Of a DNA stretch of 64,000 nt, positions 38,501 through 47,669 are shown piece by piece; the stretch's first letter is position 1, and each line of letters begins with the position of its first letter. This stretch comes from Salinivirgaceae bacterium. Its GTDB lineage: Bacteria > Bacteroidota > Bacteroidia > Bacteroidales > SZUA-534. The notes beneath the pieces are model-generated. The model did not search any database and was not told the origin of the DNA. It saw only the letters and a program-made list of their open reading frames with translations. The translations under genes were made by a program, and so were the position numbers. The stretch spans positions 604-64,603 of the forward strand of contig JAEINW010000003.1 of NCBI GenBank assembly GCA_016342715.1, given 5' to 3'.

Positions 38501-40803
38501 CCCAAAGTGGCAATTATAAATTGGAAGCTACATTAAATAACTGTTCGGTTACTACCAGTCCGGTAGCCGTAACGGTTAATCCAGTGCCGACTACGCCTGT
38601 AATTGATGCCCCGGCATCAACCAATTTTTGCGAAGGAAGCAGCGTTACCCTACAAACAAATTATATTGATGGACTTACATACCAATGGCTTAATAATAAT
38701 GCCAGCATTGGTGAAAACAGTAACCAATTATTCGCCACAATTGGAGGAAATTACTCTGTAGAAGTTATCAATAATTATTTATGTAAGGCAGCCTCAAACA
38801 CTATTAGCCTAACCCGCACTTCTGCTCCAACGGCACCTTCACTAAACTATGGCGATTCAACTATTTGCAGTGGAATTACACTTAATTATTCAACCGTTAA
38901 TAACCCAGCGTTGACTTATCAATGGTACAGTAATAACGACCCTATTCCGGGCGCAACCAACAACCTATTTCCTATTGCCCAAAGTGGTAATTATAAATTG
39001 GAAGCTACGTTAAATAATTGTTCGGTTACTACCAGTCCGGTAGTAGTTACCGTTAATCTATCGCCCGTGCAACCTGAAATTATAATTTCGGGGGCTGACA
39101 TAGTTTGCAGTGGAGAATCATTGGTGTTAAGTACCGAATATTTTAACGATGAATCTTACCAATGGTATAGGGGGTCAACTGCACTGAGCGGCCAAACTAG
39201 TGATTCGTTGTTTGTTAGCCAACTTGGTGAATATGAATATAAAGTGCTGTCAAGATTAGGAAATTGTGTCCTCACATCAACCCCAGTAACGGCAAAAGTT
39301 AATGAATTACCATCAGTTATCAATTTAACTCTTTCGGGCGATTCTATTTTTTGTTCTGGTAGTAGTCTTACTCTTACAGCAAATGGTAATCCAGCCAATT
39401 ACTATTATCAGTGGTTCCGGGGTTATGGTATCTCTATAGATGGAGCTACAAGCAATGAATTAATTGTAAATGAAAGCTATCAATATAAAGTCAGGGTGCA
39501 GAATCCGCAGACCTACTGTGAGCGTGAATCGCGTTCTATTCAAGTAACAGTAAAAAACTCACCCAATACACCAGAAATTACTGTTGATAATAATAAAACC
39601 GATTTTTGTCAGGGAGAAAGTACCCTACTTCGAACATCTGCAACTAATGTAAATTGGATTTGGGGAAAAGTTGGTGACAGTAATTCATTGTCGGATAATA
39701 ATAATCTTACGGTAACTAATTCTGGCGATTATTTTGTGAAAGTTATCAATAGTGAAAATTGTGAGGCCACCTCTTTAACACAAACGATAACTGTTTTTGA
39801 TTCGCCTGTAAAAAACTATCTCTATTACGAAGGGGAAACCCAGTTTTGCGAGGGAGGGAGTGTATTGATAAAAACAAATTACAATACCAATATTAATACC
39901 GATTATATATTGCAATGGAAAACTCTGGAAGGTAGTATCGATGGGGCTAATCTGAAAAATTATTTGGCAAGCCAATCGGGTTATTATTGGCTTGAGGTTA
40001 TTAATGCGAATCAATGTTCAGTAGTTACCGATACCTTACAAGTTCTGGTTGATGCCATGCCACCCACACCTTTTATAATGGAACAAAATAATACCACTGA
40101 ATTTTGTCCAGGTACACAACTTGAGCTACTTGTTGATAATGCTTCATCCAATTATGAATATCAATGGCAGCGGTTTAGCAATAATATACCGAATGCTACT
40201 CAATCGGTTTATGGAGGAAAATTAACAGGTGGCGATTATTCGGTTGAGCTTACTTATGGAACTTGTATGCTTACTTCAAATATTTTAACATTAACCGAAA
40301 AGTTGGCACCAGAAAAACCTTTAATTTCAGGTCAAGGACCGGTTGAGTGGATGCTATTTTGTAGTGAAACAAATGCTACGGCTTACCGCTGGTATTTTGA
40401 TAATGTATTGATAGTTGGAGCTAAATACTCCATGTATTTTGCCAATAGAAATTTGGGTAACTATTATGTTGAAATTAATATGGGCGAAGAGTGCTGGACT
40501 AGGAGCGATATTCTAAATATTCCATCGGGCGATTTAATAGATGGTATCCCAACTCTGAATTCTAAGGCTATAAGTATTTATCCAAATCCATCACAAGGGG
40601 AGTTTACGGTGCATTTGGGAACCCAATTGCCAGGAAATCTGAAGGTGCAACTTACCGATGTATTAGGAAAAAACATGGCTAATTATGAATATTCTTTTGT
40701 TCGTGAATTCTCCGTCTCCTTGCATGAATTTCCTCAGGGGATATATTTCTGTAAAATGGAATACAAAGGAAATATAGTTATGAAAAAAATTATTAAAAAT
40801 TAA
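32557..40803 (+). CDS. 2748-aa T9SS-secreted adhesin-like protein (LamG, FN3, two FG-GAP/VCBS blocks, PKD, ~11 Cys-containing Ig-like repeats, T9SS CTD)
   Basis: Signal peptide; LamG-like FDGKIDDICVWNRALTQTEVQ; many WGD(F/Y)(N/D)NDG.LD repeats; PKD WKWNFGDNSG and WFWNFGDGQT; C-terminal ISIYPNPSQGEFTV..GIYFCKM. Confidence 0.85.
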   Translation: MNYLYTKTCLASILMGMLCIFQFSSKAQNNCLDFDGVDDYVSTTAINPASFTYEAWINPDNTTNDQAIISSLNEIGLKGSELHISSNAVSLTMRNNTEWHNIITSAGVINTGNWFHLATTYDGTTAIIYINGEQAVSETEATYIAGSTPLTIGRRSSGLLNFDGKIDDICVWNRALTQTEVQARMNTSIAGIESGLLLNYNLNQGIADGNNTGITSATDATTNGNDGTLSGFALTGTTSNWTKGAPKPEPTNHATIFTASLNGSNIELAWSDEASAEGYLILASTTNSFTDPIDGVESSVDKDLSDGSVVIKVPQGTETYSGFTNAATGNTYYFRIYPYNNSGLDINYKTNGTVPESSVFLPKTEPSNHATAFTANVNSGNIELSWIDEPTADAYLILASTTNTFTVPTDGNIPVADNDLADGSGTIFALQGDEIYSTWLNTSFGTTYYFQIYAYTITGSYPNYNTNPTIPTVDIIIPYQLFSYHSTSISDYNQGAIAWGDFNNDGALDIIATGKTGGNVTSLYKNNEDKTFSWQTSYSGVQGSIVWCDYDNDNDLDFVMAGSGVTSIFRNESGSFVKQSDISFMGVTSGSVDWGDFDNDGFMDLIVTGLDNISVEITKIYHNNGNNTFQELNIDNIIGIQHGVVSCGDYNNDKFCDFIIVGGYFDNYDMGKLYKSNGDGTFTEQSDIEIPPLNMASADWGDYDNDGDLDLLLSGIHKTSNNEVNTVYQNNGNNTFTEQTGITLDDPTDYRHSIAWADYDNDGYLDIFQLVGDYTQIYHNDKDGSFTKKSLTEYSIAPGNMAFGDFDKDGDLDLLVTDKSSNDYATTLYNNNCATINTAPTVPNGLTITQTKDNAILSWNKSTDNTTPSEGLTYNIRIGTTAGGCDLLSPQALTDGTLLIPANGNNSTDTSYGFSCDPETYYWAVQTIDKSYAASSFSSEQTFIRTSFPATNLSAQINSSSSLMLRWETGSLSRRAVFCKQAYSGSATPVDGDYYLADPYYGKGDEIGATGWYCVYNGKADSTMVYGLDADYGYIFHVLEYTSQSETTDYVLDVADGNPAVFGVTEFLSQPSSISGITTNLSGGTSSWVDYNNNGYLDLFLTGSSSSSYLYANNGDGSFTENSIFNSNYHITEIAWGDYNNDGFQDAIASCDSNVYTSVYKIDSTYDSSANSWIYDSTYTGYTTQTNYFSVIYKNNNGEEFIKQSITNIPPAYDGSIKWGDYNNDGLLDLILTGRSTSIVNTSSISYTKLFKNNGENSFSEVSEEFPGGGNGDVEWGDIDNDGDLDIVLAGNNVSKIYINNNGTFDEQTTLQLTQIDSQATIRLADFNNDGLIDIILFGYTDSRHISEIYRNTGDGQFNKESTCAITTITSGSVNIGDYNNDGLIDVLAIGYATWYGWLSGEAPFAKLYLNISNSNDNLIEFEEVKQNGLIGSSNGASNYGDYDNDGDLDVIITGQNDLIAYTKFYTNNTIMNAGSFAPNKTPTVPQNLTKEPLRGGVLLSWNAITSDETPSSTMSYNIRVGTSKDSMNLYAPNFVDSVNFKNRTVTQMGNAGLNTFYKIYNLPDLADDKYYYWQVQAVDGGFLGGEWSRVDSFQIQSAQAYFSYNIACKSDTTFFKDESVAYDGITAWKWNFGDNSGLNYEQNPSHVFQSAGEHSVQLVVTNSQGKTDTITQIVYVKPTPSVSFTATDGCGAFSTELDNLTSTTGLINSWFWNFGDGQTSIYGDPLSHVYGATGNFTITLSASDTNGCSSTISHDIVVTTKPNTSLTLEYGTLINGSPSFCLGDSVMYSVAANANYSYQWQRDNSNIANTTNQLKVKTVTGNYKVIISNNLATTCADTSEVKTITVKQVPAPPVLEAESAVSFCQGDSVKITLGSYSGVTFNWFKNGGSLDGSQNYFMAKESGNYTSRVTLSNNCYSSSEIPVVVNVKPNPPTPSLNYGDSTICSGITLNYSTVNNPALTYQWYSNNDPIPGATNNLFPIAQSGNYKLEATLNNCSVTTSPVAVTVNPVPTTPVIDAPASTNFCEGSSVTLQTNYIDGLTYQWLNNNASIGENSNQLFATIGGNYSVEVINNYLCKAASNTISLTRTSAPTAPSLNYGDSTICSGITLNYSTVNNPALTYQWYSNNDPIPGATNNLFPIAQSGNYKLEATLNNCSVTTSPVVVTVNLSPVQPEIIISGADIVCSGESLVLSTEYFNDESYQWYRGSTALSGQTSDSLFVSQLGEYEYKVLSRLGNCVLTSTPVTAKVNELPSVINLTLSGDSIFCSGSSLTLTANGNPANYYYQWFRGYGISIDGATSNELIVNESYQYKVRVQNPQTYCERESRSIQVTVKNSPNTPEITVDNNKTDFCQGESTLLRTSATNVNWIWGKVGDSNSLSDNNNLTVTNSGDYFVKVINSENCEATSLTQTITVFDSPVKNYLYYEGETQFCEGGSVLIKTNYNTNINTDYILQWKTLEGSIDGANLKNYLASQSGYYWLEVINANQCSVVTDTLQVLVDAMPPTPFIMEQNNTTEFCPGTQLELLVDNASSNYEYQWQRFSNNIPNATQSVYGGKLTGGDYSVELTYGTCMLTSNILTLTEKLAPEKPLISGQGPVEWMLFCSETNATAYRWYFDNVLIVGAKYSMYFANRNLGNYYVEINMGEECWTRSDILNIPSGDLIDGIPTLNSKAISIYPNPSQGEFTVHLGTQLPGNLKVQLTDVLGKNMANYEYSFVREFSVSLHEFPQGIYFCKMEYKGNIVMKKIIKN

Positions 40804-40861
40804 GTTTTTTAAAAAAGTATGGAATAATAATTCAGCCTAAACTCATAAAAAAAAGAAAAGA

Positions 40862-42775
40862 ATGCAACGACTTACAATTTTAATATTTTCACTAATCTGC
40901 ATCACACATGCAATTGCAACTGACTTTAACGAAAAGCAAACTGCCATTATATATAACGAAGCCATTAAAGTATTAAAAAGCTATGAAGATTTGTACAATA
41001 AAATGGCTGATGCTGCTTTTGATGTTGATGAAATAAATAAAGCAAGCCAACAGTTAATTGATCTTTTTGTAAACAGAAAGGCTATTATTTATAACGATCT
41101 TGACCCAAATAATTTGCTAAGCAAAGCTTACGAATTAGAAAGCTATGTAAATAATTTACAGTTATGGTATCCCGATGGTATGAAAACTTCTATCGATTTT
41201 GAAAATGTGAAAGCAGGTATTATTATTGATCATGGTAATGACATATTCACCGTTGATTTAATGATTACAAAAAAGAATAATGGTAATTATTTAAATAGAC
41301 AAAAGAATGAATTGCACGAGGAACTTCTTTACCGAATTGCATTCTTTCAAAAACTTGGCACTTTTAAGAGCTTTAAAATAGCTGGAATTCGGAGTAGTAA
41401 GTTAAACGATCAGGTGAATGACGACCATTTGTTGGCCGAAGTTAAAAGTGTTGATTTTTCGGAAAAAGAGCTGACACAAATTAAAGATCAATCGAAATCG
41501 TTAATGAACGATTATATAAATTTTATAAATCTATTAACCGATCCAAATGAAAGTAGTGAAGATAAAGGTTATTATCGTATTTCATTTCTTGATCTTTTTA
41601 AAGACTCGACCCTAAAAGTAAGTAACGACATTGATCCTAATCCCCAAGAACGTTGGCTTTCAGTTTCTGAATATCAAAAAAATCTGGTCAACTCATATCC
41701 CGATGGTATAAAAAATTTGGGATTAAATATTGATTCTGCTGAGTATAGCAAGGTTATTCCCGAGGGCAACGATAAATATTATATAAACGGTTACATCGAT
41801 AAGTATTTTTCAGGAAAATATCAGAGCAACACTATTTTTCGAGCAAATTCCAAATACGATTTTAAAATATCATTTGAGAAAGATGAGAATACTTTTAAAA
41901 ATTTCAAGCTTTCAAGTATCGATAAATTTGGTGTTAACCTTTACGAGCAAAGCAAATCGAACATTACAAAAGAACTGCCTAACAAGCCCATTACTAGTTT
42001 AAAACGCAAAGGTTTTTATTATGGATTAACTTTTACTGGCGGTAAAACCATTTACAACAATCCAAATTTATCAGCAGACCCTGTTTTGGAATGGAAAACT
42101 AAAAACAATGCAGCTTATGGTGTTGAACTTAATGCAATATGGTATGCCTTAAATCAATTGGGTATAAATGTGGGACTCGCTTACGCTCATTATTCAACAA
42201 ATGTGACTATGAATGGCGAATATCAGAACACTAAAAGTTTTGTTATTGAAGCTAATAACTTGCAGTATAATAAAATAGTAGCAGCCGATATCGATTCTCT
42301 TTTATCTTTTAATTATTTGAGTATTCCTATATCTGTAATTTACCACTCTAATAAAAATACAGATACTTGGGGTATTTTTGCCCAAGTTGGAATAGTTAGT
42401 TCCTTTAGTATAGGTAGTACTATTCAAACAACTGGTAATATGGAAACTTCTGGTTATTTTCCCGATTATCCTGTAGGATCCCAAATTGTAACTTCCGAAA
42501 TTAATCCTTCTTGGGGTTTTGAAAAACGAACCAAAATTGATGAAACCCATGATGCAGCTATTAAATCAATGAATATTTCGGCAACTCTTGCTATGGGCAT
42601 TAGTTATCCTTTAGATTATTTCACTACTGTTTTTATGGGTCCTGAATTTGTGTGGGGCTTTAGTAATATTTATAAGGATAATGAATTTGTTGATGTTTTT
42701 GGAAATAGAACTTCTGTTAAAAAGGTAACATTGTCAAAATATGGTATTAAATTTGGAATTAGTTATAAATTTTAA
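40862..42775 (+). CDS. Outer-membrane beta-barrel protein with two tandem N-terminal copies of an unassigned ~170-aa domain
   Basis: Signal peptide. Internal repeat: DLF..ND(L/I)DPN..E(S)Y..NL..YPDG(M/I)K..F(K)(S/N)FK(I/L). The C-terminal 260 aa have an alternating beta-strand pattern ending GISYKF. Confidence 0.55.
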   Translation: MQRLTILIFSLICITHAIATDFNEKQTAIIYNEAIKVLKSYEDLYNKMADAAFDVDEINKASQQLIDLFVNRKAIIYNDLDPNNLLSKAYELESYVNNLQLWYPDGMKTSIDFENVKAGIIIDHGNDIFTVDLMITKKNNGNYLNRQKNELHEELLYRIAFFQKLGTFKSFKIAGIRSSKLNDQVNDDHLLAEVKSVDFSEKELTQIKDQSKSLMNDYINFINLLTDPNESSEDKGYYRISFLDLFKDSTLKVSNDIDPNPQERWLSVSEYQKNLVNSYPDGIKNLGLNIDSAEYSKVIPEGNDKYYINGYIDKYFSGKYQSNTIFRANSKYDFKISFEKDENTFKNFKLSSIDKFGVNLYEQSKSNITKELPNKPITSLKRKGFYYGLTFTGGKTIYNNPNLSADPVLEWKTKNNAAYGVELNAIWYALNQLGINVGLAYAHYSTNVTMNGEYQNTKSFVIEANNLQYNKIVAADIDSLLSFNYLSIPISVIYHSNKNTDTWGIFAQVGIVSSFSIGSTIQTTGNMETSGYFPDYPVGSQIVTSEINPSWGFEKRTKIDETHDAAIKSMNISATLAMGISYPLDYFTTVFMGPEFVWGFSNIYKDNEFVDVFGNRTSVKKVTLSKYGIKFGISYKF

Positions 42776-42790
42776 GCAAATTGTAAAGAA

Positions 42791-43411
42791 ATGAGATTTA
42801 AAATAACGGTACTTTTTATAAGTTTTTTATTTTCTGCATTGGCTCAAGAACCTTCAAAATCTGCTTCAGCAAGTAAAGAGGCGAAAATTGTAGATGAGAT
42901 TAATTTATCCGACGCCGATATTGAAATATTCAAGGAGCAAACAAAACAAAAGGTTGAGGAGTTTCAGCAGCATATTATTACAATTGGAAGCAAAGATCAG
43001 TCACCTGAGAAAAGAAATATGGCCGAGAAAGAAGCTTTGAAATTATTTTTTAAAGGTGCTGAGATGCAAACCTCAAAAGTTAATTCTGACGGTACTGTTG
43101 CGATCCAGTCGCGGTCCATGGAAATATACTTGGCTCGTTTAAAGTCGTTACCTTATACGGCTGTGGTTATTAAGTTTTACGATTTGGTTTATATATCAAG
43201 TTTCACCAAAGGACCTGATGGCAGATATTATTCTTCGGCCACTGTAATTCAAGAATTTACTGGTTTTACGGGTGATAATTTAGTTTACAAAGATATTACT
43301 AAAAAAGAAATTGAAATTGTTATTGATTTAGTAGAAGATAAATTCTTTAACGAGAAAAAATGGAGAGTGTTTTTAGGAAATATTAAAGCTACTGAAACTA
43401 AAAAAGCCTAA
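42791..43411 (+). CDS. Secreted hypothetical protein carrying one copy of the same unassigned domain
   Basis: Signal peptide; ALKLFFKG..SMEIYLARLKSLPY..KKWRVFLGNIKA parallels the repeats of 40862..42775. Starts 15 nt after the upstream stop. Confidence 0.5.
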   Translation: MRFKITVLFISFLFSALAQEPSKSASASKEAKIVDEINLSDADIEIFKEQTKQKVEEFQQHIITIGSKDQSPEKRNMAEKEALKLFFKGAEMQTSKVNSDGTVAIQSRSMEIYLARLKSLPYTAVVIKFYDLVYISSFTKGPDGRYYSSATVIQEFTGFTGDNLVYKDITKKEIEIVIDLVEDKFFNEKKWRVFLGNIKATETKKA

Positions 43412-43415
43412 TAGT

Positions 43416-44213
43416 ATGCAAGTAAAGGTATTTTATTATTATGTACTATGGTTTGTTTTTTCTGCTTATCATATAAATGCACAAGCACATTTGCAAAGCA
43501 CTACAAATGCAGAAACTCCCAATGAATACTATTTACAAGTAAAACAGTTTAACGAATTTATCGATCGTTTTAATTACAAAACCGATTGGAAAGGAAATAA
43601 AATAGACAGCAGTTTTATGTTAAAGTATTCCCGACCCTTGTATTTAAGTTATTTGTTAAACCAAAGCGATAAACGACTTGCAAATCAAAACGATTCAAGT
43701 TATAACGTACTTTGCAAACTCTTTATCCAAGAAATGACTAACCCTGTTGAGCCGCAGTATATTTCATTATTTAGCGGTCAGGTAAAAGCAAAAGCTACTG
43801 TGAATATTAGTTATTTAGAAAAACAAGAGAGGATTATAGTTTGGTTTACGCCTGAAGTTTTAGATGATAGATCGGGGAAATGGGTCATAAGTCAGGTGGA
43901 AACAACTTGTTTTGTAACCTTAGTTGATAGTTTAAAAACTCATTTTTTAGCACCCAATAGTCACGAAACCAGTTTTTTAAACCTTAATAAATTGGAACAT
44001 TTAAGCAATCCTATATACTTTCTTCCAACCAGTATGGCAAACGATACGAAATTGCAGTTTGTTACCGAGGTGAATTCAGGTAGATTGCTTATTAATAATA
44101 TTGAAAGCGTTGTTTACGAAATTGACTTTTTAAATTGGGTTATTACGGTTGAAGAATTTAACCGTTCAGATTATAATTCTGGTTGGCTTATAAGTAATGT
44201 TAAACGTTTGTAG
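43416..44213 (+). CDS. Secreted hypothetical protein (two sub-domains ending GKWVISQVE and SGWLISNVK)
   Basis: Signal peptide. Starts 4 nt after the upstream stop. No recognisable catalytic motif. Confidence 0.5.
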   Translation: MQVKVFYYYVLWFVFSAYHINAQAHLQSTTNAETPNEYYLQVKQFNEFIDRFNYKTDWKGNKIDSSFMLKYSRPLYLSYLLNQSDKRLANQNDSSYNVLCKLFIQEMTNPVEPQYISLFSGQVKAKATVNISYLEKQERIIVWFTPEVLDDRSGKWVISQVETTCFVTLVDSLKTHFLAPNSHETSFLNLNKLEHLSNPIYFLPTSMANDTKLQFVTEVNSGRLLINNIESVVYEIDFLNWVITVEEFNRSDYNSGWLISNVKRL

Positions 44214-44467
44214 TTTATCTATTTGTAATTAGAAATTGGTATAACATTGATTTGGAAAAAGTCTTTCGCGAAAAAGAAGAGATTAACATAACTAGAAGGT
44301 GGTCTAGTCCATAATGCTATAATTTTTGTAAAAATTATAAGACTTAAACTATGGATTCTTAATGGCAAGTAATAATTGGCTAAGAAATTGGAGGTTTGTT
44401 ACTTGCTTTTTTTGGTTTCTATAGATTATATTTGAGCGAAAGTAAAGAGTATAATGAGAAACAAAGC

Positions 44468-44563
44468 ATGGCAAAAGTATCAATCGTTTTTGGATTGTCA
44501 GGACTTGTTTTGATCGGGGTTGGAGGCTTGTTTGTGATAATTTTAGGTTTTGTTTCCATGTGA
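44468..44563 (+). CDS. Possible 31-aa hydrophobic micro-protein (MAKVSIVFGLSGLVLIGVGGLFVIILGFVSM)
   Basis: ATG-to-TGA ORF below the track cutoff that encodes a single predicted TM helix. There is no other support. Confidence 0.2.
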   Translation: MAKVSIVFGLSGLVLIGVGGLFVIILGFVSM

Positions 44564-44747
44564 GGGAAACAGTACAAAGCACTTTCAAAAATTCGAATAG
44601 TATTAAGTTTATTAACTTTTTTGCCTTGCTTGTTGTATTGGTTTTTTGGAGAATAGCTAGTATAATAAAAAGAGTTAAATCTATTAAGACATACCTTGTG
44701 CATACTATGCTAAAACTTCCAACTCTTTACATAAAAAGAAAAATATA

Positions 44748-44780
44748 GAAATGTGAATAATAGTGAGCTATTCACATCTC
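44748..44780 (-). terminator. Rho-independent terminator of osmC-like gene
   Basis: Stem ATGTGAATA/TATTCACAT (44751-59 and 44769-77), followed on the minus strand by a T-rich run. Confidence 0.6.
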
Positions 44781-44790
44781 CGATAAATTT

Positions 44791-45243
44791 TTAGGAAGCA
44801 GTAACCTCATATTTGAGAGAGGCAACAATCTCAGTAGCATTTTTTAAGTTATCACCTACTGGGCAGCGATCTAAGATGGCTTTTAACCATTTTTCACTAG
44901 TTGGTTCATCCATATCGGCATCAGGTTTAAGTGTTACTTTAATTTCTTTATAACCTGCACGTTCATCGAATGATTGACCAAACAATCTAGCGGGATTTAA
45001 ATTTCCGACTAAATCAATTTTAATTCCACGCATTTCAATTCCTAGTTCTTTTGCACAAACATGAGCCATAACGTTTAAGCATCCAGCATAAGCGGCTAAA
45101 ATATATTCAACAGGGTTTGCGGCTGTATTGGTTCCTCCTAAATCAGTAGGTTCATCAATTACAATTTCAAATCCTCTGGCTTTTACAATTGTTTTTGTTG
45201 GGTTTTCGCTATGAGCTTTTACTCTGAATTTTAAATCTGACAT
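44791..45243 (-). CDS. OsmC/Ohr-family protein
   Basis: GGTNTAANPVEYILAAYAGCLNV.., 150 aa. Confidence 0.8.
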   Translation of the reverse strand: MSDLKFRVKAHSENPTKTIVKARGFEIVIDEPTDLGGTNTAANPVEYILAAYAGCLNVMAHVCAKELGIEMRGIKIDLVGNLNPARLFGQSFDERAGYKEIKVTLKPDADMDEPTSEKWLKAILDRCPVGDNLKNATEIVASLKYEVTAS

Positions 45244-45421
45244 ATTTATATAATATTAGTGTTGTTTTTACTCATTACAATTATAACTAAGCTTTTAATT
45301 ATTTGATTTATTATGTAGTACTAAATTTAAACCCTAAATGATTGAATATTTAATGATTAATGATGTAGTTTTGCATCATAGGGGAAATAAATTATTTATC
45401 GGTTTTTATAAAGAGTAGCAT

Positions 45422-46120
45422 ATGGTTGAGAGAATTGTTGACAATAAACCAGAATTAACATCGAATTTAATTTCAGCTGACAATTGTCTTGATATTTTAA
45501 CAGAGAAAGAACAACAAGAGTTGTATGTAAATTCAAATAAAATTGAATTTGAACCTGGAGAAACAATCATAAAAAAAGGCTTTGTGGCAAGTAATGTTTT
45601 ATACCTAGAGAGAGGTTTAGCAAAATTAGATATTAGTTCCGCTAATTTTCATTCAACGGTAAATCTGATAGCACCTAAATCATTTGTTGGGATTATATGT
45701 ACTTTTGCAAGTCATAATTTTGATTTTTCCGCAATTGCTATAGAAAAAACAACCATTATTTCATTTGAAATGACCTTGTTTGAGAAATTTGTTCATCAAA
45801 ATGGTGAATTTGCCTGCCGCCTTATCAGGCATATGTCAGGTTTAACTAATGTATTAGTGCATAGAGCTTCACGATTGGCTCAAAAAAATATCGATGGGGC
45901 ACTTTCAATTATTCTTATTGAATTTAGTATTATTTATAAAAATGACAGTTTTGCTATTCCTCTAAATAGAAAAGAATTAGCTCAACTGATAGGTTATTCT
46001 AAAGAGAGTGTGATTAATACTTTATCAAAATTTAATAAAGAAGGAATTATTTCAGTTCATGAAAAGAAAATTACAATTCTTGATAAAAATAAGTTAAGCC
46101 AAATTGCTGAAGTTGGATGA
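45422..46120 (+). CDS. Crp/Fnr-family transcriptional regulator
   Basis: cNMP-binding-like N-terminal half and a C-terminal HTH (RKELAQLIGYSKESVINTLSKFNKEGII). Confidence 0.8.
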   Translation: MVERIVDNKPELTSNLISADNCLDILTEKEQQELYVNSNKIEFEPGETIIKKGFVASNVLYLERGLAKLDISSANFHSTVNLIAPKSFVGIICTFASHNFDFSAIAIEKTTIISFEMTLFEKFVHQNGEFACRLIRHMSGLTNVLVHRASRLAQKNIDGALSIILIEFSIIYKNDSFAIPLNRKELAQLIGYSKESVINTLSKFNKEGIISVHEKKITILDKNKLSQIAEVG

Positions 46121-46237
46121 ATCCTTGAAATGCTTTTTATGGGGATAGCTTAAAAACAATTTATATAATGAAATAAATATTTTGCAAATCCCGCCAGTAA
46201 CACTAATTTTGCCAAGCAAAAATTTAAAATTTATATC

Positions 46238-47605
46238 ATGGCTCAAAAACCATCTATACCAAAGGGAACCAGAGATTTTGGTCCCGAAACAATGGTGAAA
46301 CGAAACTATATTTTCGATACAATAAAATCTGTTTTTAAGCTTTATGGCTACCAACCCATTGAAACTCCTGCAATGGAGAACCTTTCTTCGTTAATGGGTA
46401 AATATGGCGAAGAAGGCGATAAGCTGCTTTTTAAAGTATTGAATTCGGGTGATTTTATGAGCAAGGCTGATGATACAGTTTTATCTGAAAAAAATTCCAT
46501 AAAAGTAACCAATCAGATATCTGAGAAGGGCTTACGTTACGATTTAACAGTACCTTTTGCACGTTTTGTGGTGCAACATCAAAACGAATTGCAATTTCCG
46601 TTCAAGCGTTACCAAATACAGAATGTTTGGCGTGCCGATCGTCCTCAAAAAGGACGCTATCGTGAATTTTACCAATGCGATGTTGATGTAATTGGTAGCG
46701 ATTCCTTATTAAATGAAGTGGAGATTATTCAAATTGTAAACGATGTTTACAAAAAGCTAAAAGTAAATGTGGTGGTAAAAATGAATAACCGCAAAATTTT
46801 AGCTGGAATTGCGGAGGTAATTGGTCAGCCCGATAAAATTATTGATATAACTGTAGCCATTGATAAGTTAGATAAAATTGGTTTAGATAAGGTAAATGAA
46901 GAATTGGTAGAGAAAGGATTGCCGCAAGAGGCGGTTGATAAATTACAGCCTATAATGAATTTATCTGGAACAAATACCGAGAAACTTCAGCAAATAAAAG
47001 AAGTATTGAAAGAGTCAGAAGTTGGGCTGAAAGGTGTTCAGGAAATGGAAACCGTATTTTATTGGTTAGCGCCATTAAATGTTGAGACAGAGGTTGAATT
47101 GGATTTAACTTTGGCTCGTGGTTTAAACTATTATACAGGAGCTATTTTTGAAGTTAAAGCTTTAGATGCTCAAATGGGCTCTATTACTGGTGGTGGACGT
47201 TACGACGATTTGACAGGAATTTTTGGATTGCCAAATGTTTCAGGGGTGGGAATTTCATTTGGAGCTGATAGAATTTATGATGTAATGGAGCAATTAAATT
47301 TGTTCCCGAAAGATACGGCCACAACCACTAAAATAATGTTTGTAAATTTTGGCGAAAAAGAACAGACTTGGTGTTTGCCAGTGATAAATAAATTACGTCA
47401 GCAAGGTATTGCAGCCGAAATATATCCGCAAGCAGGAGCCAAAATGAAAAAGCAGATGAATTATGCAAATGCTCGTAATATCCCATTCGTAGCGTTGGTT
47501 GGTGATAATGAGATTGAAAGCTCTACCATTACCTTAAAAGATATGGATAAAGGTGAGCAAAAGGCTATTTCAGTTGAAGAATTAATTCAAATATTAAATA
47601 AATAA
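46238..47605 (+). CDS. hisS: Histidine--tRNA ligase
   Basis: Class II motifs (GTRDF.., [35 protein letters not shown]) and a C-terminal anticodon-binding domain. Confidence 0.95.
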   Translation: MAQKPSIPKGTRDFGPETMVKRNYIFDTIKSVFKLYGYQPIETPAMENLSSLMGKYGEEGDKLLFKVLNSGDFMSKADDTVLSEKNSIKVTNQISEKGLRYDLTVPFARFVVQHQNELQFPFKRYQIQNVWRADRPQKGRYREFYQCDVDVIGSDSLLNEVEIIQIVNDVYKKLKVNVVVKMNNRKILAGIAEVIGQPDKIIDITVAIDKLDKIGLDKVNEELVEKGLPQEAVDKLQPIMNLSGTNTEKLQQIKEVLKESEVGLKGVQEMETVFYWLAPLNVETEVELDLTLARGLNYYTGAIFEVKALDAQMGSITGGGRYDDLTGIFGLPNVSGVGISFGADRIYDVMEQLNLFPKDTATTTKIMFVNFGEKEQTWCLPVINKLRQQGIAAEIYPQAGAKMKKQMNYANARNIPFVALVGDNEIESSTITLKDMDKGEQKAISVEELIQILNK

Positions 47606-47615
47606 TCAATGTATG

Positions 47616-47648
47616 AGCCCTACGAGGGTTCGAAACCCTCGTAGGGCT
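47616..47648. repeat. REP hairpin R1 (AGCCCTACGAGGG-TTCGAAA-CCCTCGTAGGGCT)
   Basis: Perfect 13-bp arms, read directly. Confidence 0.9.
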
Positions 47649-47669
47649 TGTTGCTTCGAAAATATTGTC

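Noticed and set aside
47616-47648. GGGTTCGAAACCC resembling a tRNA T-arm
   Set aside because: It is the apex of a 13-bp perfect palindrome with no acceptor, D or anticodon arms. Three further copies of the same hairpin identify it as a REP element.
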